DNA of 32,000 nucleotides from an uncultured Actinomycetota bacterium (lineage in GTDB: Bacteria > Actinomycetota > Actinomycetes > JAHEKZ01): contig CAWHIJ010000003.1 in NCBI GenBank assembly GCA_963829525.1, positions 324,065 through 356,064 of the forward strand, written 5' to 3'. Under the pieces are notes generated by a model. That model searched no databases. It saw nothing but the letters and a program-made list of their open reading frames with translations, and had not been told where the DNA came from. How positions within the stretch are numbered: the first letter of the stretch is position 1; every line of letters starts with the position of its first letter. Positions 16,373 to 24,679 of this stretch are shown here, one piece after another. The position numbers and the translations under genes were made by a program.

Positions 16373-17098
16373 TCAGATGACCCGTTTGAAGGCGTTCGCG
16401 CAGGGCGGTCCCTCGGCATGGTCGTAGCGGACGCCGCCCGAGGTGACGACGACGGTGGCGCTCGAGACGGTGCCGTAGCGCTCGGCGTGGATGCAGGCGG
16501 GTGATCCGGCGTCTGAGGTCTCGTGCGACCGCAAGATGTCGCCGAGGAGCAGGACGAGGTCGTCGGGGCTTGCTGCTGACGCGAGCGCGGCCTGCGCCTG
16601 GCCGCGGATGCGGGTGGCCTTGGGGTCGGCCGGGTCGTCAAGGTCCTGCTCGGTGAGCACATGGATGCCGGGTGTGAGCTGAGCGGTGACGCGTCCGCGT
16701 CCGTCGTCCAGCGACGTCCAGAACGCGGCCTGGCGCGAGGCGTAGAGCACGTTGACGGGGTTGAAGTCGCCCGGTTGCAGCGACTCCATCCAGGCCAACG
16801 CGTCGGTGTCAGAGCCAGCGAGGACCTCCAGCGGCAGCGTGCCGCGAGTTCGACGGGAGGGGTCTGGGGCTGCGAAGACTCCGCCGGGATGCCGGTTCGT
16901 CACCGCACCGATCCGCCCCTCGGGGTCGACGGCCAACCAGGTGCCGCCCGCCAGCCGGTCACGCCCGCCCCATCTGGGTGGCTCCGACGTGAGGAGCAAC
17001 GGCGGGTCGCTTGGGCGTCCCAAGAGCTCATCGCGGTTGGCGGCGACGACCAAGGGAACTTCGGGGTAGCACTGCGACGCGACGATGACGGTGCACAC
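16373..17098 (-). CDS. NRDE family protein (TANGO2/DUF833-like)
   Basis: The N-terminal MCTVIV and the eponymous AANRDE motif are present. The protein is 241 aa with a GTG start. Confidence 0.85.
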   Translation of the reverse strand: MCTVIVASQCYPEVPLVVAANRDELLGRPSDPPLLLTSEPPRWGGRDRLAGGTWLAVDPEGRIGAVTNRHPGGVFAAPDPSRRTRGTLPLEVLAGSDTDALAWMESLQPGDFNPVNVLYASRQAAFWTSLDDGRGRVTAQLTPGIHVLTEQDLDDPADPKATRIRGQAQAALASAASPDDLVLLLGDILRSHETSDAGSPACIHAERYGTVSSATVVVTSGGVRYDHAEGPPCANAFKRVI

Positions 17099-17141
17099 CC
17101 GATCACTCTAAGTGGACGAGCCCCTTTGCAGCTGATGTGCG

Positions 17142-17170
17142 TGCATCATATACGGTGATGGTATGATGCA
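17142..17170. promoter_or_regulatory. Perfect 9-bp inverted repeat overlapping the vapB start region (candidate VapBC operator/promoter)
   Basis: The arms are TGCATCATA (17142-17150) and TATGATGCA (17162-17170), separated by an 11-nt spacer. The right arm contains the -10-like hexamer TATGAT (17162-17167). Confidence 0.5.
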
Positions 17171-17174
17171 TGTC

Positions 17175-17423
17175 ATGCGTACCACGGTCACGCTGGATGA
17201 CGACACGACCAATCTCGTGCGACGGCGCATGGCCGAACGTGGGGTGGGCTTCAAACAGGCTCTGAACGACCTCATCCGTGAGACCGCCGAGCGCGGACGC
17301 CAACCTTTCCGAACCCCGACCTTCGCCATGGGTCAGCCAACGGTTGACCTCACGAAGGCGCTCCAGCTAGCAGCCCAACTCGAGGACGACGAGATCCAGC
17401 GCAAGCTGCACCGCGGCGTATGA
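17175..17423 (+). CDS. vapB: Type II antitoxin, VapB family
   Basis: The N-terminus MRTTVTLDDD… is typical of VapB-class antitoxins. The gene is small and ATGA-coupled to a PIN toxin. In-frame ATGs at 17163 and 17166 are alternative starts. Confidence 0.8.
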   Translation: MRTTVTLDDDTTNLVRRRMAERGVGFKQALNDLIRETAERGRQPFRTPTFAMGQPTVDLTKALQLAAQLEDDEIQRKLHRGV

Positions 17424-17851
17424 ACTTCCCGGACGCAAATGTCTTGGTCTACGCGGTCAACACCAAGGCAGCCCAGCACCTGGTGGCTCGTGACTGGCTC
17501 GACAGGGCGCTCAACGGTGATCGAACGGTCGGGTTCGCCTGGTCAGTCCTGCTCGCCTTCGTCCGGGTGTCGACCAACCCCGCAATCTTCCCCACCCCGC
17601 TGTCGGTCGGCGATTCGATGGACGTTGTTGACGGCTGGACGAGCCAACCCTCGGCGGTCATCGTGAATCCTGGTAAGGGTCACGGGGCCGTTCTCGGTGA
17701 CCTCCTGCGAACAGCGCAGCAGGGTGGGAACTTGGTTTCGGACGCCCATCTCGCGGCGTTGGCTTTGGAGAACAAAGGAACGGTCGTGTCGTTCGACCGT
17801 GACTTCGGGAGGTTCGCCGGGGTCAAGTGGTTGATTCCCGGCAGCGTCTAG
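17420..17851 (+). CDS. vapC: Type II toxin, VapC family PIN-domain ribonuclease
   Basis: PIN acidic residues sit in the expected contexts: FPDANVLVYA (Asp5), VSDAHLAALA and SFDRDF. The protein is 143 aa and its start overlaps the vapB stop. Confidence 0.88.
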   Translation: MNFPDANVLVYAVNTKAAQHLVARDWLDRALNGDRTVGFAWSVLLAFVRVSTNPAIFPTPLSVGDSMDVVDGWTSQPSAVIVNPGKGHGAVLGDLLRTAQQGGNLVSDAHLAALALENKGTVVSFDRDFGRFAGVKWLIPGSV

Positions 17852-19488
17852 GGGCGAAGGGCTTCGTAGGCCATGACGGCGGCGTGGAGTGACGTGCAGG
17901 CCTCGGCGGAGTCGAGGTCCACCGAGAGCACCTTCTCGATCGTGGTCAGCCGTTGGTAGAAGGCTTGCCGCGACAGGTGTGCGGCGTCGGCCGCTGCCGA
18001 CTTGTTGCGTCCATGCGTGAGATAGATCTGCAGCGCGCCGACGAGATCGGTGCCGTTCTTGGCGTCGTGGTCGAGAAGCGGTCCGAGGGTTCGCTCGACG
18101 AAGGCCTGCAGTCGCGGGTCTGCCCCGAGCACGTACAACAGCCCGCGCAACTGAACGTCCGGCAGTTCGTAGTACGGCTTCACCTCCGGTGACCCCTGCG
18201 CCGCCTCCGCTGCGTGGGCCGCCTCCGCGAACGAGCGCCGCACGGCGTCGAGGTCACGCACCCACGAGCCGACGCCGATCACCGGCCGGCTGACGTTGGC
18301 CGAGTCGGCCTTCGCCAGGACGTGCTGCGCCACCCGGGTCAGCAGCACGGATGCGTCGGCGCCGTCAGGCAGTGGCAACAGGACTCCGACGCGTCCAGGT
18401 CGCAGCGAGCCAACCAGCGCCTTGACGTCTGCCGATCGCAGTGCGGACGCCACGAGCTCGGCCTCGAGGTCGCGCGGTCTGGCGTGCGGCTGGTGGGCTC
18501 GGTCGGCGCTCAGCTCGACGACGACCGCGACCAGCTCACGTCGAGCCGTGGGGACTCCGAGCGCCGCCGTACGCGCATGAACGTCGTCTGACGACTCAAA
18601 GCGGCGGTCGATGATGTCGGCCAGCGTGGTGCGATGCGCCTGCAGCTCCATCGGGTCCTGCTGCTGCTCAAGGAGCCGGTTGAGAGTGAGTGCCGTCGCA
18701 GCCCGTTCCAGCACCATCAGCTGCAAGGGACCGGGTTCGCCATCCGGCAAGAGCACGAGACGCCCCCACACCTCACCGCGCGCCTCGACCATCGCCACGA
18801 CCCACCCCTCCGGCCCGCAGACGTCACTGTGCGCTGACGTCTGCGCGGCGCGCGAGCGCGTGCTCCAGTCGCGCAGCACCTCGTCCGTCGACCGCGCCGC
18901 TGGTGCATGAGCCACGACCTGGTGCACGAGGTTCTCGAACACGACGGCGCAACCGGAGAGCCGAGCGGCCTCGTGCACGATCGAAGAGGCCGACGCGCCC
19001 TCGACGCAGAGCCGGGTGAAGACGCGGTGCGCCGACTCAGAGGCGTGCAGGGCGCTGATCTGTTCCTCGACGATCAACGAATGCACCGCCTGGGTGACCT
19101 TGACGAAGCGCAGCTCGCGCTGCAGCGAGATCAGCGGCAGCCGGTGTCCTTCACAGGCCCTGACGAGGGCGCGCGGCAGCTCGGAGTAACGTCGCCCCAG
19201 CTCGACCACGAGGGCCACAGCGCCAGCTGTCGCGAGTGCGTCGGCGTAGGTGCGAAGCGCCTCGTCCGTCTCCGGAAGAGCGATTCCGGTAGTCAGGATC
19301 ACCTCGCCGCCCGACAGCAGCCCAGCGATGTCCGGCAGCTCGCTGACGTGGACCCAGCGCACCTTGGCGTCGAGCCCTCGGGCACCAGCGTCGACGCGCG
19401 GCAGGCCAACGGCGACATCCGGCAGCCTGAGGATGTCGCGAACACGCGGAAGCGCCGCCTGGGCGGTGAGGGCTGCGCGATCGGACAT
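17848..19488 (-). CDS. PucR-family transcriptional regulator
   Basis: The N-terminal PucR-like region (VRWVHVSELPDIAGLLSGGEVILTTG) and a C-terminal PucR HTH (HGRNKSAAADAAHLSRQAFYQRLTTIEKVL) are present. ORF 17848..19746 was trimmed to ATG 19488. ATG 19611 is a less likely alternative. Confidence 0.82.
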   Translation of the reverse strand: MSDRAALTAQAALPRVRDILRLPDVAVGLPRVDAGARGLDAKVRWVHVSELPDIAGLLSGGEVILTTGIALPETDEALRTYADALATAGAVALVVELGRRYSELPRALVRACEGHRLPLISLQRELRFVKVTQAVHSLIVEEQISALHASESAHRVFTRLCVEGASASSIVHEAARLSGCAVVFENLVHQVVAHAPAARSTDEVLRDWSTRSRAAQTSAHSDVCGPEGWVVAMVEARGEVWGRLVLLPDGEPGPLQLMVLERAATALTLNRLLEQQQDPMELQAHRTTLADIIDRRFESSDDVHARTAALGVPTARRELVAVVVELSADRAHQPHARPRDLEAELVASALRSADVKALVGSLRPGRVGVLLPLPDGADASVLLTRVAQHVLAKADSANVSRPVIGVGSWVRDLDAVRRSFAEAAHAAEAAQGSPEVKPYYELPDVQLRGLLYVLGADPRLQAFVERTLGPLLDHDAKNGTDLVGALQIYLTHGRNKSAAADAAHLSRQAFYQRLTTIEKVLSVDLDSAEACTSLHAAVMAYEALRP

Positions 19489-19795
19489 GGCACCCCTCGT
19501 GGCTCGTCTCCCGGCTGGTTCGGCCGCCGTCTCCGGTGTCCGCGAGAGTAGCGACTGAGCGAAGTGCTTCGTTTCCGAAGTCGATTTTCGGGCGCGCACG
19601 CCCAGGGCCATCTGTTCCGGCCAACACGGTTCGATTACAAACGCTAGACGCGTCCGGATTGAGCGGTTAGGTTCGGCCCACGCAGCAGGCACTGCTGGGT
19701 CGAGTGTGTGTGGAGTCCGGCGATTGTGCGGTCTGAGGGGGCGCAAGCCGGAGATCTTCCCGTCACACGTGGGTGAGGTTCACGAGAGGCCGGTG

Positions 19796-19810
19796 GCCGC
19801 ACGGTGCGGC
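19796..19810. promoter_or_regulatory. 15-bp palindrome immediately upstream of the SBP gene's Shine-Dalgarno
   Basis: GCCGCAC-G-GTGCGGC has perfect 7-bp arms and is followed by AGGAGG (19814-19819) and ATG 19828. Confidence 0.4.
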
Positions 19811-19827
19811 GCCAGGAGGGATTGGGC

Positions 19828-21687
19828 ATGTTGATGACGCGGAGGGCTCTTCGATGGAGCGCCCTGGCGACCACGGCCGTGGTGGCAGGGATACTGCCAT
19901 TGGCAGCGGCAGGGGGTTCGGCCCAGGCCGCTGAGCAGAGCGGCAAGAACATCTTCGTCGTCGGAATGCTGCAGGACGTCGACAATCTCAATCCCTTCAA
20001 AGGCATCACGGTTGCCGCCTACGAGTCGTGGGCGCTGACCTACGGTTACCTCACCGGCTACAGCGCCGAGGACTTCTCGCCGGTACCGGCACTGGCCGAG
20101 AGTTGGTCTGCTTCGGACGACGAGCTCACGTGGACCTACAACCTGCGCAAGGACGCGGTCTTCTCTGACGGGGTGCCGCTGACCTCGGCCGACGTCGCCT
20201 ACTCGTTCAATCGGGTAATGGCCGGTGAGTCGATCGAGAAGACGAACTACGGCAGCTACGTGAAGAACATCGCCAGCGTCAAGGCGGTCGATGACTACAC
20301 GGTCGAGATGACCGTCAAAAAGCCATCAGCAATCATGAACAACTTGGCAGTCCCGATCTTGCCCGAGCACATCTGGAGCAAGATCAGTGCTGATGAGCTG
20401 AAGACTTACACCAATGAACCTGGTTCGGACCCCCCGGGCATGGTGGGTTCTGGCCCGTTCGTGATGACTGATGCGGTCAAAGGTCAGTACTACCGGTACA
20501 CCACAAACCCGGATTGGTACGGCCAGACACCGAACATCGACGGTATCGAGTTCAAGATCTACCAGAACGACAACGGACTGGTGACCGCGCTTGAGAACGG
20601 TGAGGTCGACTTCGCCGATGACATCGAGGCATCGTTGTTCAACACCCTTGAGGGCAAGGACAACATCACAGCGAAGTCGTCGCAGTACTCCGGCTTCAAC
20701 TACCTGACGTTCAACGGTGGGGCGCAGACTGTCGACGGAACCCCGATCGGGACGGGTCACCCGTCGCTGAAGGATCCGATCGTTCGTGAGGCGATCCACT
20801 ACGCCATCGATGAGAACGCATTAGTTGATCGCACCTTGCAGGGCCGTGGGGCGCCGGGTGACACGTTTATCCCGCCGATCTACAGCGATTTCCACCTGAG
20901 CATCGCGGATCCGATCAGCTATGACCCCGATAAGGCCAACCAGTTGCTCGACGACGCCGGGTATACGAAAGGGTCGGACGGCATTCGCACCATGCCGGAT
21001 GGCTCGGATCCGCTCGTCTACCAGCTGTACTCGCGGCAGAACTCCAAGACGTCGCAGACGACGATCCAGTTGCTGCAGGGCTTCCTGAAGGACATCGGTA
21101 TCGACTCGAACGCGGAGTCGGTGTCGGAGGGTCGCCTGTACGGCATCGCTGGGGATGGCACCTTTGACATGTACGAGTGGGGGTGGGTGGTTGAGCCCGA
21201 TCCTGACTACCAGTCCTCGGTCTTCACCTGCGGCCAGATGAGCTACGAAACCGGCAGTGGGCAGATCTACGCCGGACTCAACGACAGTTTCTACTGCAAC
21301 AAGGAGTACGACAAGCTCTACCAAGAGCAGAGCACCGAGACCGACCGCACTGCCCGGGCTGACATCGTCAAGCAGATGCAGCAGATGGTCTACGACGCGA
21401 ATGCGTACGTCATCTACGAGGTGTACGACTACCTGCAGGCGTACCGCAGTGACCGTTACACCGGTTTTGTCGAGCAACCCTCTGACAACGGCGCGATCTT
21501 GTTCCAGTACGGCATCTACTCGTACTTGAACATCGAACCGGTCACCGCCGGTGCTGGCTCGGCAAGTTCGAATGAGACGAACACCGCCCTGATCGTCGGT
21601 GGTGTGGCTGCGGCTGCGGTGCTGGTTGGCTTGATCGTGTGGTTGGCGACTCGTGGGCGTCGCGGTAGCGGCGCCGACGTGGAGTAG
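19828..21687 (+). CDS. ABC transporter substrate-binding protein, family 5 (peptide/nickel, DppA/OppA-like), with C-terminal TM anchor
   Basis: ATG 19828 lies 8 nt after AGGAGG. The N-terminal signal is MLMTRRALRWSALATTAVVAGILPLAAAGGSAQA|AEQ. The size and sequence style fit SBP_bac_5. The C-terminus is ALIVGGVAAAAVLVGLIVWLA followed by TRGRRGSGADVE. Confidence 0.85.
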   Translation: MLMTRRALRWSALATTAVVAGILPLAAAGGSAQAAEQSGKNIFVVGMLQDVDNLNPFKGITVAAYESWALTYGYLTGYSAEDFSPVPALAESWSASDDELTWTYNLRKDAVFSDGVPLTSADVAYSFNRVMAGESIEKTNYGSYVKNIASVKAVDDYTVEMTVKKPSAIMNNLAVPILPEHIWSKISADELKTYTNEPGSDPPGMVGSGPFVMTDAVKGQYYRYTTNPDWYGQTPNIDGIEFKIYQNDNGLVTALENGEVDFADDIEASLFNTLEGKDNITAKSSQYSGFNYLTFNGGAQTVDGTPIGTGHPSLKDPIVREAIHYAIDENALVDRTLQGRGAPGDTFIPPIYSDFHLSIADPISYDPDKANQLLDDAGYTKGSDGIRTMPDGSDPLVYQLYSRQNSKTSQTTIQLLQGFLKDIGIDSNAESVSEGRLYGIAGDGTFDMYEWGWVVEPDPDYQSSVFTCGQMSYETGSGQIYAGLNDSFYCNKEYDKLYQEQSTETDRTARADIVKQMQQMVYDANAYVIYEVYDYLQAYRSDRYTGFVEQPSDNGAILFQYGIYSYLNIEPVTAGAGSASSNETNTALIVGGVAAAAVLVGLIVWLATRGRRGSGADVE

Positions 21688-21691
21688 CTGA

Positions 21692-22771
21692 GTGGCTCAG
21701 CTTGAACCCGCAGGTGGGTCTGCGGCAGCAGTGGATCCGACCGGTGACGGAGCGCTGGACTCGACCTCAGAGGGTCGGGTCCAGCGCGGCTCACGGGTAT
21801 CTGGGTTGTGGCGGTTCACCGGTCGTCGGCTGCTGACGGGGCTGGGCACGCTGATCTTCGTGCTTTTCGTCAACTTCTTCATGTTCCAGATGCTCCCGGG
21901 CGACCCGCTCGCACGCTACAAGGGCGCGCGCGAAATCTCTGCGGCAGACCTTGCCAAGCTTCGGGCTGAGCTCGACGCGCCTCTGTGGCAGCAGTTCTTC
22001 AACTACCTCAAAGATCCCCTGCAGCTGGACTCGTATTCCACGATCCAGGGAAAGCCGGTGTGGGACGTCATTGCTGCCTCGACAACGCCCACGCTGATCT
22101 TGTTGGGAACGTCCACACTGATCGCCACGATTGCCGGAATCTGGATCGGCATCCGGGCTGGTTGGAACCGGGGAAGCCGCTTCGACAAGAACTCCACGGC
22201 AGTCACTCTCTTCCTTTATGCGACCCCGGAGTTCTGGCTTGGTCTCATCCTGATCCTGGTGTTCTCGACGGGTATTGGGCCTTTTCCTGGGATCTTCCCC
22301 AGCGGGTCGTTCATTGGGTCAGGGCTCGATCCATGGTCGATTGAAGGAGCGATCAGCATCGCGTTCCATACGGTGCTGCCTGCGTCAGCGTTGGCAGCGG
22401 TCTATCTGGCTGACTATTCGTTGATCATGCGGGCCTCCATGGTCGATGAGTTGGGCCAGGACTACCTCATGACTGCACGTGCGAAGGGTTTGATGGACCG
22501 AGCCATTCGGCGTGGTCACTGCGTTCCGAATGCATCGCTGCCGACGATCACGTTGATCTTCCTCAACATCGGATTCATCATCGGTGGAGCCATCACCGTG
22601 GAGACGGTGTTTTCCTATCCGGGGCTCGGTCTGCTCACCTGGAACGCGATCACCTTCCAAGATCTACCGCTTCTGCAGGCGCTCTTCCTGCTCTTCAGTG
22701 TCTCGGTGATCGTGTTCAACCTCATTGCCGACATCGTGATCGCTGCGGTTGACCCGAGGATTCGTCTGTGA
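21692..22771 (+). CDS. ABC transporter permease (DppB/OppB-like)
   Basis: It is a multi-TM protein with a BPD_transp_1 EAA-type loop (…YLMTARAKGLMDRAIRRGHCVPNASLP). The GTG 21692 start is uncertain, because it gives a ~35-aa N-terminal extension. Confidence 0.85.
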   Translation: MAQLEPAGGSAAAVDPTGDGALDSTSEGRVQRGSRVSGLWRFTGRRLLTGLGTLIFVLFVNFFMFQMLPGDPLARYKGAREISAADLAKLRAELDAPLWQQFFNYLKDPLQLDSYSTIQGKPVWDVIAASTTPTLILLGTSTLIATIAGIWIGIRAGWNRGSRFDKNSTAVTLFLYATPEFWLGLILILVFSTGIGPFPGIFPSGSFIGSGLDPWSIEGAISIAFHTVLPASALAAVYLADYSLIMRASMVDELGQDYLMTARAKGLMDRAIRRGHCVPNASLPTITLIFLNIGFIIGGAITVETVFSYPGLGLLTWNAITFQDLPLLQALFLLFSVSVIVFNLIADIVIAAVDPRIRL

Positions 22772-23700
22772 GTACCGACACCGCTCCGCAACGCATACCG
22801 CAGTCAGTGAGGGCGATCCGCTGGCAGCGTCGGCGGGTCTCGACCACACGCTTCGTCAAGACGTTCGTCAAGCATCGGTCGGGTATGGCGGGGATCGGCA
22901 TCCTTGTCTTCTTCGTGGTCGTGGCATTGACTGCACCGCTGGTCTTTCCCGCCTATTTGCTTGACCCGAACCAGAACCTGCAGAACGGTCAGCTTGAGGC
23001 GCCGTCCTCGAGTTTCTACTACTGGTTGGGCACCGACGAGCTCGGCCGATCGGTGATGGCAGAGCTGGCATGGGGGACGCGTCCGTCGTTGGTGGTGGGG
23101 ATTCTTGCCTCGATCATCGCAATGGTCATCGGCACCCTCGTCGGTATCGCCAGCGGCCACTTCAGAGGTTTGTTCGGTGGTGCCATGGAACGGCTCACCG
23201 ACTGGTTTCTGGTACTGCCGTTCGTGCCGCTGGTCATTGTGCTGCAGGCGGTGCTGGGGCAGACGTCGATCTGGATCACGGTCGTCGTGCTCGGTATCAC
23301 CTCGTGGCCGGGGACCTCCCGTCTAGTGCGAGCACAGACTCTGAGTGTGGAGGCGCGGCCCTATATCGAACGAGCCAAAGTACTGGGCAACAGCGACTGG
23401 ATGCAGATGGTTCATCACGTGCTGCCCAATGTGATGCCGCTGGTAATTGCCAACACCACACTGACCGTCGCAATCGTGATTCTGTCGATGACGACGCTTG
23501 CATTCTTGGGGTTGCTGGACCCGAACATGATCTCGTGGGGTGGCATGCTCGACTCCGCCGACAACTCTGGTGCGGCACTGCAGGGTGCCTGGTGGTTCCT
23601 GCTCCCGCCAGGGCTTTGCGTGATCTTCGTGGTGCTCGCGTTCACCCTGATCGGGCGCACGCTCGAAGTCGTTCTGAACCCGCGCTTGGGGAGCAACTGA
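22768..23700 (+). CDS. ABC transporter permease (DppC/OppC-like)
   Basis: It is GTGA-coupled to the upstream permease. The EAA loop is YIERAKVLGNSDWMQMVHHVLPN, and there are multiple TM segments. Confidence 0.88.
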   Translation: MSTDTAPQRIPQSVRAIRWQRRRVSTTRFVKTFVKHRSGMAGIGILVFFVVVALTAPLVFPAYLLDPNQNLQNGQLEAPSSSFYYWLGTDELGRSVMAELAWGTRPSLVVGILASIIAMVIGTLVGIASGHFRGLFGGAMERLTDWFLVLPFVPLVIVLQAVLGQTSIWITVVVLGITSWPGTSRLVRAQTLSVEARPYIERAKVLGNSDWMQMVHHVLPNVMPLVIANTTLTVAIVILSMTTLAFLGLLDPNMISWGGMLDSADNSGAALQGAWWFLLPPGLCVIFVVLAFTLIGRTLEVVLNPRLGSN

Positions 23701-23701
23701 A

Positions 23702-24679
23702 ATGGCAGTCCTCGAGATGCGGGACGTCTCATTGACCTACCACCCCGCAGAGGGTCCCGTCCCGGCGGTTCGCGGTGTGAACCTGTCGGTCGCGGCGGGT
23801 GAAGTGGTGGGCGTGGCCGGTGAGTCCGGATGCGGTAAGTCGACGCTGATCTCGACGGTGCTGCGCCTGTACCCCAAGAACGCCACCGTAGAGGGTGAAG
23901 TGCTCGTCGACGGCGAGAACGTGTTCGACATGAAGTGGAATCGGATGCGCGCGGTCCGGTGGGGTGAAGCGGCCGTCGTCTTCCAGGGCGCACTGCACTC
24001 ACTCAATCCCATTCAGAAGATCGGCAAGCAGCTGTCTGAACCGATCCTGGTGCACGAAAAGGGCGCCACCGAGGCGTCAGCTATGAAGAAGGTACGTGAG
24101 CTGCTTGATCAGGTCGGGCTTCCCACGCGGCACGCGGACGCCTACCCGCATCAACTCTCAGGCGGGCAGAAGCAACGCATCATGATCGCCCTCGCCCTCA
24201 CCTGCGACCCGTCGGTCTTGCTCTGCGACGAGCCGACCACCGCCCTCGACGTCATGGTGCAGGCACAGATCCTCGATTTGCTCAAGGGGATCGCCCGCGA
24301 ACGCTCAATGGGCATGGTGATCATCAGCCACGATCTCTCCGTGCTGGCGTCCAACTGCGACCGGATCGCCATCATGTACGCGGGACGCGTCGTCGAGCAA
24401 GGCGTCGCCCAAGACCTCTTCAGCAGCCCGGCGCATCCCTACACCCGAGCCCTGATGGGAGCATTCCCCACGATCGGCGATGACCAGTCGCGCTACTCAC
24501 CGAGCGGGCTACCCGGTGACCCTCCCTTCCCCGGCGACCTGCCCAGCGGTTGCGCCTTCCACCCGCGTTGCCCGATAGCCACCGACGAATGCGCCACCGC
24601 TGTGGTCGACCTCAAAGTGGTCGGCCCCCGACGCGAGGCCGCCTGCATCCACATCACCCAGGGGGCATCGACACCGTGA
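23702..24679 (+). CDS. ABC transporter ATP-binding protein (DppD/OppD-like)
   Basis: Walker A is GESGCGKST, the signature is LSGGQKQR and Walker B is LLCDEPTTALD. A C-terminal oligopeptide-ABC domain is present (HPYTRALM…GCAFHPRCP). Confidence 0.9.
   Translation: MAVLEMRDVSLTYHPAEGPVPAVRGVNLSVAAGEVVGVAGESGCGKSTLISTVLRLYPKNATVEGEVLVDGENVFDMKWNRMRAVRWGEAAVVFQGALHSLNPIQKIGKQLSEPILVHEKGATEASAMKKVRELLDQVGLPTRHADAYPHQLSGGQKQRIMIALALTCDPSVLLCDEPTTALDVMVQAQILDLLKGIARERSMGMVIISHDLSVLASNCDRIAIMYAGRVVEQGVAQDLFSSPAHPYTRALMGAFPTIGDDQSRYSPSGLPGDPPFPGDLPSGCAFHPRCPIATDECATAVVDLKVVGPRREAACIHITQGASTP

Noticed and set aside
21529-21585. Sortase LPXTG/LAXTG signal in the binding protein (EPVTAG looks superficially similar).
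   Set aside because: PVTAG does not fit LPXTG or the class E LAXTG consensus. Only the TM helix and basic tail resemble a sorting signal. It is reported as a finding, but not as a sortase substrate.
19828-23700. Lower GC in the dpp binding-protein and permease genes as evidence of horizontal transfer. A hand count of one line, 22201-22260, gives about 53%, versus about 70% for 6001-6060.
   Set aside because: Membrane-protein composition (Phe/Ile/Leu/Thr-rich) lowers GC by itself. There are no flanking mobility genes, no direct repeats and no tRNA boundary. The evidence is insufficient.
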